From the IMG/VR virus record IMGVR_UViG_3300037565_000164, positions 1-58,941 of that record: 58,941 nt of DNA; one strand, 5' to 3'. Each line of letters opens with the position of its first letter. The stretch's first letter is position 1. Below the pieces are notes generated by a model. That model saw only the letters and a list, made by a program, of their open reading frames with translations. It made no database searches and had not been told where the DNA came from. A program made the translations under genes and the position numbers. Below are positions 52,127 through 58,941 of the stretch, piece after piece. Source of the stretch: a virus (lineage: Duplodnaviria > Caudoviricetes).

Positions 52127-52428
52127 AGGTCGACGTCAACGTCAGCAAATACATCAGCATCGATGTCGAGGTGGACGTCGACGCCACCGAGGTCATTGAC
52201 GAACTCGGCGACGATGATCTTCGCAAAGAGTGTCAGCGCCGTGGTCTGACTTTGCACGACGAGGACGAAATCGTTGAGCTTGTCCGCGAGGCACTGCGCG
52301 ACATCCATCAGGGCCGCGTTGTCGATGCCGTCACGGTGCTTGAACGCCTCTGCTACCCGAAATGGTCCAGCGCGGACGCCTGCCTTGCCCAACTTGGCCG
52401 CACAACCGTGTTCGGGAGGCCCGCATGA
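52123..52428 (+). CDS. Hypothetical protein
   Basis: Coupled overlaps; GAGG RBS. Confidence 0.65.
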   Translation: MKVDVNVSKYISIDVEVDVDATEVIDELGDDDLRKECQRRGLTLHDEDEIVELVREALRDIHQGRVVDAVTVLERLCYPKWSSADACLAQLGRTTVFGRPA

Positions 52429-52670
52429 CCTTCACCCCGCCCGCAGGCCTCAGCCCGACACAGTCCAAACTCTTCGCCCAGCTCGCCGATGGCGAATGGC
52501 ACAGCGCTGGCGCCCTGCTGAACAACGCGCTGGGACGCCGCTTCGCCTCCGACAGCCTCGTGCCGACCCATATCGGCCGCCTGCGCAAGGTCCTGCCCGA
52601 GCACATGAGCATCGAGAACGTTGTCGGCGGCGGCTATCGCCTCACAATCCAGGAGCCCACCAATGTCTAG
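52425..52670 (+). CDS. OmpR-type winged-helix domain protein
   Basis: THIGRLRKVL....IENVVGGGYRL. Confidence 0.75.
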   Translation: MTFTPPAGLSPTQSKLFAQLADGEWHSAGALLNNALGRRFASDSLVPTHIGRLRKVLPEHMSIENVVGGGYRLTIQEPTNV

Positions 52671-52977
52671 CCTGCCCAGCGCCCAGCAATTTGCCCGTGC
52701 CGTTGTCCGGTCTGCCGCCGCGCTGGGCGAGGATGGCGCTACGCTGCTCGAAGAGCAGGGCCACTCCAAGGCGCGCCTGGTGGCGCTGGCCGTGCTGCAC
52801 GAAGTCAGCGATGGCGCCAGCTACATCGGCCTGGCGCGCCTACTGCGCTTTGACGATCCCACCCAGGCCAGCGCCCTGCTGGGCAATGCCCGCAAGGCAA
52901 AGTGGTGGTCAGAAGCCTTGATCGACGAAATCGTCGGCGAGCTGGTCGCTGACACCTATGGGGAACGCGCGGCATGA
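52663..52977 (+). CDS. Hypothetical protein
   Basis: AGGAG RBS; coupled to its neighbours. Confidence 0.6.
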   Translation: MSSLPSAQQFARAVVRSAAALGEDGATLLEEQGHSKARLVALAVLHEVSDGASYIGLARLLRFDDPTQASALLGNARKAKWWSEALIDEIVGELVADTYGERAA

Positions 52978-53699
52978 AGATGCTCACAGGCAACATGTCG
53001 GCAACTCGGGTTGAACGAGGCGACGACTTCTATGCCTCTCCCTATGCGGCTCTGCCGCCGCTGTTGGTCGCGGAACGGAGGCGCCTGCCCCGGACACTTT
53101 GGGAGCCTAGCTGCGGCAATGGCGCCTTAGTTGTGCCGTTACGCAACCGAGGCTTCGACGTCGTCGCAACCGATCTTAATGATTGGGGGTGCCCTGACAG
53201 CACCAGCGATGTCGACTTTTTGGAGAACGTCGCCGGTCAGTTTGCCCCCAAAGGGCAATTTGGCATCGTAACCAATCCGCCGTTCAACATCGTCGAGAGC
53301 TACGTCGAGCGGGCCGTAGAACGCGCGCCCTATGTGGCATTGCTGTTGCGCCTGGCGTTCCTTGAGAGCGAGGGCCGTATGCGCTGGTTTCCAACCGTTG
53401 GCTTGCGCCGGGTCCATATCATTGGCGAACGCCTGCCAATGATGCACCGGCACGGCTACGAGGGGCCAAAGCTCACAAGCGCCGCGATGGCTTTCGCTTG
53501 GTACATTTTCGAACATGGCCCGAGGCGGTCGCATCAAGTGCCGGTGCGCTGGGTCAGTTGGAAAGACAGTTGCCGTCGACACCCTCAGACCGAACGGGAC
53601 CTGCCGCCGGTTGCCCGGCTCCGCGGCGGTCTGTTCGAGGGGATGGAGCGCCCGCCTAAAAAGCTTGTTCGCCAGCGCCGGGCGGAGGCCGCCGAATGA
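52974..53699 (+). CDS. Orphan DNA amino-methyltransferase
   Basis: DFYASP, WEPSCGNG (motif I), IVTNPPF (motif IV), LLRLAFLE. Confidence 0.85.
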   Translation: MKMLTGNMSATRVERGDDFYASPYAALPPLLVAERRRLPRTLWEPSCGNGALVVPLRNRGFDVVATDLNDWGCPDSTSDVDFLENVAGQFAPKGQFGIVTNPPFNIVESYVERAVERAPYVALLLRLAFLESEGRMRWFPTVGLRRVHIIGERLPMMHRHGYEGPKLTSAAMAFAWYIFEHGPRRSHQVPVRWVSWKDSCRRHPQTERDLPPVARLRGGLFEGMERPPKKLVRQRRAEAAE

Positions 53700-53826
53700 A
53701 AGCCGCCAACGCCAAGTCCGAACGCGGCTTGCTCCGCACCATTGCCCGCCGCGCCAAAGCCGAAGGCCGTCTCAAGGATCGCCGTCCCCCAGCGCCAAAA
53801 GAACAAAAACCCAGCGAGGAACCTCG

Positions 53827-55908
53827 GTGACCATTCCTGTCGTCTTCAAACACTTCCATCTGTTCTGTGGCCTGGGCGGTGGCGCCAAGGGGTTCAATCG
53901 CGGCAAGGCGAAGGTCGGCAATTTCTCAGCCACCTATCGCTGCATTGGCGGTATCGACGTCGACCCGGCCTCAATCCGCGATTTCTCCCGTGCCGCCGGC
54001 GTGCCTGGCACTGTCATGGATCTGTTCGACGCCGAGCAATATGAGGCGTTCCATGGTCGCCCAACCCCGACGGGCTGGCGTGAAGCGGGGGCCGACGATA
54101 TCCGCCGCGCCGCGGGCGGCGAGTTTCCCGACGTCGTGTTCCTGTCCGCGCCCTGCAAGGGCTTTTCCGGCCTGCTGCCTGAGAGCCAGAGCAAGACCGA
54201 CAAATACCAGGCGCTCAACAAGCTCACGCTGCGCGGCGTCTGGCTGATGCTCGAAGCCTTCAAGGATGACCCGCCGGGGCTGATCCTGTTCGAGAACGTC
54301 CCGCGCATCGCCAAGCGCGGCCGCCATCTGCTCGACCAGATTTGCTCCCTGCTCCGCACCTATGGCTATGAGGTCGCCGAAACCACGCATGATTGTGGCG
54401 AGCTCGGGGGCCTGGGCCAGAGCCGCAAGCGCTTCCTGCTGGTCGCGCGCCATGGCGTAAAGGTGCCGCCCTTCCTCTTCACCCCGCCAAAGCAGCGCCT
54501 GCGCGGCGTCGGCGAGATCCTGGACAAGCTGCCCCTGCCCGGTGACCCTGCCGGCGGAGTCATGCACCGCATGCCAGCGCTGCAATGGAAAACATGGGTG
54601 CGGCTGGCCTTTGTTGAAGCTGGGTCCGACTGGCGCAGCCTCAACAAACTCCACGTCGCCGACGGTGTGCTAACCGATTTCGGCATCATGCCCGAGGGGC
54701 ACTGGCGCGACGACATTCTCTCTGTCCTGCCATGGGACGCCAGCGCCGGCACAATCACTGGCAAAGCGGGCGCAACGACCGGTGCTTTCAACGTCGCTGA
54801 CCCGCGTGGCCTTGCCGATCCGCACAATGGCTCTCTCGGTGTGCGCCCGTGGGACGAACCGGCAGGAGTCGTCACCTCAAACGGCCGCCCGGCATCGGGT
54901 CAGTTCTCCGTGGCCGACCCGCGCTTTGAAGGGCTGGACTATAAGCAATATGGCGTGCGGAGCTGGGACGAGACGACGGGAGCCGTCATCAACGTCAAGG
55001 CGCCCGGTCAGGGCGGGTTCTCCGTCGCAGATCCACGGCACTCGGGCACACCGCATTTCAACAACGTCTTTCGCGTCGTAAAATGGGACAATGCGGCTGG
55101 TGCCATCACTGCAGGGCACGGTCCTTCCTCTGGGGGCCAGTGCGTCGCCGACCCCCGCATGAACTGGAACGAGCAGACCGCCCATGGCAGCAAGATGGCT
55201 GTGCAGGATTGGGAAGAACCCAGCCGCACAGTTGTTGGGGCCCGGTTCGGTTCGGGCGGGGGCGCTGTCGCAGATCCGCGCCCAGCCCAGCGCGACGACT
55301 ACAAGCAGACCAAATACCGCGTCACCGGCATGGATGAAGCAGCTGGCGCCGTGATTGCGGCTTCGGCGACAGGCAATGGCGCTTTCGCCGTCGCCGATCC
55401 AAGGCCGGTCGGGCTCAACGCGAACCGCGAGCACTACAAAACCGGTGGCCATTACGGCGTAGTGCCGTGGGAGGACTCGGCGGGCGCCGTGCCGGCGTAT
55501 GGCAAACATGATCGCGGCAATTGGTCTGTTGCCGACCCGCGTGACGCCGAAGGTGACCCGATCATCGAATTGCCGCAGCCGAAAGACCGGCTGGTCGCTG
55601 TCATCCGGGCGCTCGACAACACATGGCATCGCCCTTTCACAACGCTCGAGCTGGCGGCGCTGCAAAGCCTCGTCGACCCCGACGAGGTGCTGGTGCTCGA
55701 TGGCGTCTCGGACAGCGCGTGGCGCGAGCGCATCGGCAACGCCGTGCCGCCTGACGCGGCCGAAGCCATCGCCTCGGTCATGGCGACCACCCTGCTCCTG
55801 GCGCTGAGCGGCGAAACCTTCGTCCTCTCGAGCCAGCCGATCTGGGTACAGCCCATCATGGTGGCGCTCGCCGTTGACCAGTCGCCAAACCGGGGGATGC
55901 TGGATTGA
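53827..55908 (+). CDS. C5-cytosine DNA methyltransferase with a repeat-expanded variable region
   Basis: LFCGLGG, SAPCKGFS, FENV, QSRKR, IGNAVPP; seven VADPR-ending repeats. Confidence 0.92.
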   Translation: MTIPVVFKHFHLFCGLGGGAKGFNRGKAKVGNFSATYRCIGGIDVDPASIRDFSRAAGVPGTVMDLFDAEQYEAFHGRPTPTGWREAGADDIRRAAGGEFPDVVFLSAPCKGFSGLLPESQSKTDKYQALNKLTLRGVWLMLEAFKDDPPGLILFENVPRIAKRGRHLLDQICSLLRTYGYEVAETTHDCGELGGLGQSRKRFLLVARHGVKVPPFLFTPPKQRLRGVGEILDKLPLPGDPAGGVMHRMPALQWKTWVRLAFVEAGSDWRSLNKLHVADGVLTDFGIMPEGHWRDDILSVLPWDASAGTITGKAGATTGAFNVADPRGLADPHNGSLGVRPWDEPAGVVTSNGRPASGQFSVADPRFEGLDYKQYGVRSWDETTGAVINVKAPGQGGFSVADPRHSGTPHFNNVFRVVKWDNAAGAITAGHGPSSGGQCVADPRMNWNEQTAHGSKMAVQDWEEPSRTVVGARFGSGGGAVADPRPAQRDDYKQTKYRVTGMDEAAGAVIAASATGNGAFAVADPRPVGLNANREHYKTGGHYGVVPWEDSAGAVPAYGKHDRGNWSVADPRDAEGDPIIELPQPKDRLVAVIRALDNTWHRPFTTLELAALQSLVDPDEVLVLDGVSDSAWRERIGNAVPPDAAEAIASVMATTLLLALSGETFVLSSQPIWVQPIMVALAVDQSPNRGMLD

Positions 55909-56726
55909 CCCTGCTCGATATCTCCATCCCGCCGCGCAAGACGCTCCAGCGCCCGCGCGGCCGCCCGCCTGGCAGCGGCAAAGGTCCGCGCAAGATTACC
56001 GAGTCGCGTTTCCTGCTCGAACCGGTGTCCGGTAAGACCGCCAAGATGCCGCCGCATGATCATCCGGCTATCCGCGACGGCCGCACGATCTATCCTAGCT
56101 CCGTCCAGCCGCTGACCGACCGCTGGGTGCTCAAGAGTGGACGCCACCAGTCCAAGATCGGCGGGAAGATCCGCAAGGGCCGGTGGAAAGACTTCCCGGT
56201 CTATTGCCTGACCCTGGAAGAGCGGGCCACCTGCCCCAGCGAATGTCAGCTTTGGCGCGCCTGCTACGGCAATGCCATGAATTGGGCCCAGCGCTGGCAG
56301 CACGGCCCAGCGCTTGAAAAGCGCTTGCCGATCGAGGTCGCTCGTCTGGCGCGCCAGCATCCTGACGGCTTCGCGGTGCGGCTGCATGTGCTGGGCGATT
56401 TCTATTCGCCCGCCTATGTCGAGCTCTGGCGCCGCCTGCTGGCGGCACACCCAGCGCTCCATGTCTTCGGCTTCTCAGCCCGCTGGGCGCAAACCGATCC
56501 CATTGCCCGCCCGCTCATTGAGCTCGCCATGGAGCACTGGGAGCGTTTTGCCATCCGGTTCTCGAATGCCCCGGTCGATACCTGCTCAACGGTGACGATC
56601 GAGCACGCCGGCCAGCGCCCGGCCGACGCCATCATTTGTCCAGCGCAGATGGGCCAGACCGAGTCCTGCTCGACCTGCGCCCTCTGCTGGCAGACCAATC
56701 GGCGCATCGCGTTCATAAGGCACTGA
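55905..56726 (+). CDS. Gp88-like Cys-rich (putative Fe-S) protein
   Basis: TCPSEC..WRACYG, VRLHVLGDFYS, CPAQ...CSTCALCW. Confidence 0.75.
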   Translation: MTLLDISIPPRKTLQRPRGRPPGSGKGPRKITESRFLLEPVSGKTAKMPPHDHPAIRDGRTIYPSSVQPLTDRWVLKSGRHQSKIGGKIRKGRWKDFPVYCLTLEERATCPSECQLWRACYGNAMNWAQRWQHGPALEKRLPIEVARLARQHPDGFAVRLHVLGDFYSPAYVELWRRLLAAHPALHVFGFSARWAQTDPIARPLIELAMEHWERFAIRFSNAPVDTCSTVTIEHAGQRPADAIICPAQMGQTESCSTCALCWQTNRRIAFIRH

Positions 56727-56728
56727 CG

Positions 56729-56938
56729 ATGATATCCCCATCAGTTCTAATCGCCACGGACGACTACCGCGACATCACGACGGCCAGCTTTGTCGACTGC
56801 TACGGCCGCCAGTCTATTCTGCTCAACGAACACGGTGTGGCAGTCAATTTCACCAAGGAGTGCCGACGGCATCGATCCGCCGATGCACTGATGAGACAGC
56901 TTACTCGCGTAGCTGAAGTTTTTAGGAGCATGTCATGA
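56729..56938 (+). CDS. Hypothetical protein
   Basis: Short, lower-GC ORF coupled to the next gene. Confidence 0.4.
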   Translation: MISPSVLIATDDYRDITTASFVDCYGRQSILLNEHGVAVNFTKECRRHRSADALMRQLTRVAEVFRSMS

Positions 56939-57417
56939 CCTGCGCACCCGACCGCAAATGGTTGCCCGTGGATTGGCAAGACGAGATGACGCCGGCGCCG
57001 TCTGCCAGCCCGTCCGATTTCCTGCGCTTCGACGCCGAAGGCGCTTTTCTGGCGCCGCTCGATTGGTCGCCTGAGGGTGAGCCGGACGGTTCTGGGCCGA
57101 TCAGGCTGACCGACGGCACCAACGTTAAATTCTCCTGGGTGGAAAATCACGGCCACCGAACGCTTACTGTCCTTGAGGATGGCACATGGTCGTTGGATGC
57201 GCCATTTCCCGAGGGCACTGAGCAGTTCTGGCTGCCCGGGGAGCCCGACACCATCAGCCTCAGCATCGACGACCTGGTGCGCGGCGATGATGGCTTCTGG
57301 GTTGAACCGCTCGATGCCGGCGACACCATCGTCGGCGGCTACACATGGGGCCCAGCATCCCGCTGGCGCTATGATGCGGCGACTAAATCCATGATCCAGG
57401 AGGGTACGGTCCAGTGA
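56935..57417 (+). CDS. Hypothetical acidic protein
   Basis: AGGAG RBS; coupled. Confidence 0.65.
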   Translation: MTCAPDRKWLPVDWQDEMTPAPSASPSDFLRFDAEGAFLAPLDWSPEGEPDGSGPIRLTDGTNVKFSWVENHGHRTLTVLEDGTWSLDAPFPEGTEQFWLPGEPDTISLSIDDLVRGDDGFWVEPLDAGDTIVGGYTWGPASRWRYDAATKSMIQEGTVQ

Positions 57418-57641
57418 CCCAGCGCCCCGCCCAGCCCGATAATGTCAGCATTGAGCGCCTGGAAAAGGCCGTTCATGCCATGGCCTATATCGTGCTGCGG
57501 CATGGCGAGGTCTATGGCCCCCTGCTCGATCGCCTCGCCGACGAGCTCGAAGCCCGCAAAGCGGCACCGTCGGCCCGCGATCGCGCCCAGCGCATTCTTG
57601 CCCAGATGACGCGCGAGGTCACACATGCGCCGGCGGGGTGA
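57414..57641 (+). CDS. Small protein convergent with the integrase (possible recombination directionality factor)
   Basis: GGAGG RBS; overlaps the 3' end of int. Confidence 0.55.
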   Translation: MTQRPAQPDNVSIERLEKAVHAMAYIVLRHGEVYGPLLDRLADELEARKAAPSARDRAQRILAQMTREVTHAPAG

Positions 57642-58941
57642 AGGCAATCTTCTGCAGCCAGCGCTGTTTTTGCTCCAGCGTTGGCCCTTCGCCGTAGCGC
57701 GGCCGATTGTATTTGTGGCCCATCAGCACCGCCATGATCTTCTCGGGCGGTTCCACCGCCGTCAGCCGGTCCTCGAAACTGTGCCGCAGGCTATAGACCG
57801 AATGGTTGTCGGTCGGCAGCAGACCGTGACCCTTCAAGAATTTGTTGGCCATTGCCGAGAACGACGCACCCTTGTCCCGGTACCGCTCGAATCCCTCGGG
57901 GTGTTCTTGCATCGCCATCAGCGCCACGCCCACCAGCGGCATGGTGCGGTCCGACCAAGGCGTCTTGAGCTCGCGGTCCCCGGCCGTGACATGGATATAG
58001 GGCACGGGCGCGTCGAGATGGATGTGCTCAGGCAGCAGATTGCAGGCCTCGGAGAGGCGAATACCGGTTTCCACGATCAGGTAGATAATGCAGCGCGCAT
58101 CGCTGTTGAGTCCATCCAGCGCGCCATCGGCCAGGATCTCGCCCTGGATGAACTTGGGATCGAAGGCGCTGCGCTTGTCGCGGTCCTCGCCCCCGAAGCG
58201 CAGCCGGGCGAACACCGGCTTGAACTGCACCTGGTGCGCCATCTCGATCGTGGTGAACATCTTCTGCAAGTGGCCGAAGTCCTTATTGGCCGTGCTGATC
58301 TTCAAATCGTCGTCGGCGATGCGGTCTGCCCACCATTTGCGGAACGTCAGGGCATCGTTCCGCGTCAAGTCGGCCAGCGCCTTGTCGCCGACCACCTCGA
58401 TAAAGTTGTCCATGGCGCGCTTCTTCGGGTTGCGCCAGCGCCGAAGCTGGTCGGGCGACTTGGCCGCCAGCTCGGTTTCGATGATGGCCTCATATTCCTT
58501 GACCAGGTCGGACACCATCAACTGCGGCTTGCCCTCGCCGCCCAGCAAGGCCGCAACTTCGACCTCGTTGTCGACGGCCCGTCGATCGAGCAGGCTTTCG
58601 ATGCGCGCGACCAGGTCGGATTGCTTGCCGGCGGCGAGCTCGTCGACGCTCTGATAGACGAAGCCCAGATCCAGCGCCCGCTTGCGTGCTGCCTCGAACC
58701 GGCGTCTGGCCTCGACGCTCTGGCCGTCGCGCAACCCGCGCCAATAGGCTTCCAGTTCGACATTGAGGGATTGGACCCGCTGAGTGGCGCGGATTGCGCG
58801 AGGGTCATCAGCGACGGCGATTTCGGTGCTCAGACGGACGATTTCGCGGGTATCGAGATGGGAAAATTCTTTGGGGACTCGGCGCACCAGGTACCAAATG
58901 CCAGCGCGCTTGTGCGGCTTGATCGCCCCTGCTCGCCTCAT
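57619..58941 (-). CDS. int: Tyrosine integrase with a DUF6538-like N-terminus
   Basis: WYLVRRVP..SLST; TGIRLSE (R), LKT (K), YSLRHSF, LMGH, RYG. Confidence 0.95.
   Translation of the reverse strand: MRRAGAIKPHKRAGIWYLVRRVPKEFSHLDTREIVRLSTEIAVADDPRAIRATQRVQSLNVELEAYWRGLRDGQSVEARRRFEAARKRALDLGFVYQSVDELAAGKQSDLVARIESLLDRRAVDNEVEVAALLGGEGKPQLMVSDLVKEYEAIIETELAAKSPDQLRRWRNPKKRAMDNFIEVVGDKALADLTRNDALTFRKWWADRIADDDLKISTANKDFGHLQKMFTTIEMAHQVQFKPVFARLRFGGEDRDKRSAFDPKFIQGEILADGALDGLNSDARCIIYLIVETGIRLSEACNLLPEHIHLDAPVPYIHVTAGDRELKTPWSDRTMPLVGVALMAMQEHPEGFERYRDKGASFSAMANKFLKGHGLLPTDNHSVYSLRHSFEDRLTAVEPPEKIMAVLMGHKYNRPRYGEGPTLEQKQRWLQKIAFTPPAHV

Larger units (their letters stand above)
257..58941. mobile_element. 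Temperate prophage (podovirus-like; N4-gp56-type capsid, P22-like portal, DarB-like giant protein) integrated at a tRNA 3' end
   Basis: att-like tRNA fragment at the left end and integrase at the right end, with lysis, morphogenesis, packaging, replication and immunity modules between them. Confidence 0.95.

Overview
The window is an apparently complete, about 58.7-kb temperate prophage with podovirus-like gene content and high GC. The host is probably an alphaproteobacterium, because the prophage carries GapR, a RegA/PrrA-type HTH and a DUF6538-type integrase. The left boundary is a 23-bp tRNA 3'-end duplication (att core, 257-279) with tandem arm-type repeats; the right end is the tyrosine integrase. 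From left to right the modules are: accessory genes (+), lysis cassette, a 4,647-aa DarB-like polyvalent virion protein, ejection/tail genes, an N4-gp56-type major capsid, head-spike/glycosidase and cell-wall hydrolase genes, scaffold, portal, terminase, replication initiator with iterons (all on the - strand), a cI/cro switch with operators, and an early (+) operon with GapR, radical-SAM-like proteins and DNA methyltransferases. The main finding is an exact 13-mer, GCGCAUGACGUGC, in the 5' leaders of six late transcription units. Each copy follows a sigma70-like promoter. Each can fold either into its own AUGAC-loop hairpin or into a longer stem that hides the start codon and/or RBS of the downstream gene. 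The phage also encodes a divergent CsrA/RsmA-fold protein (37817-38038). Together these suggest a phage-specific translational activation switch for virion and lysis genes. Secondary findings are a prfB-like +1 frameshift site that would fuse a head-spike protein to a glycoside hydrolase, and an overprinted gene nested in the giant gene. All family assignments come from recognising motifs by eye; no database search was run.
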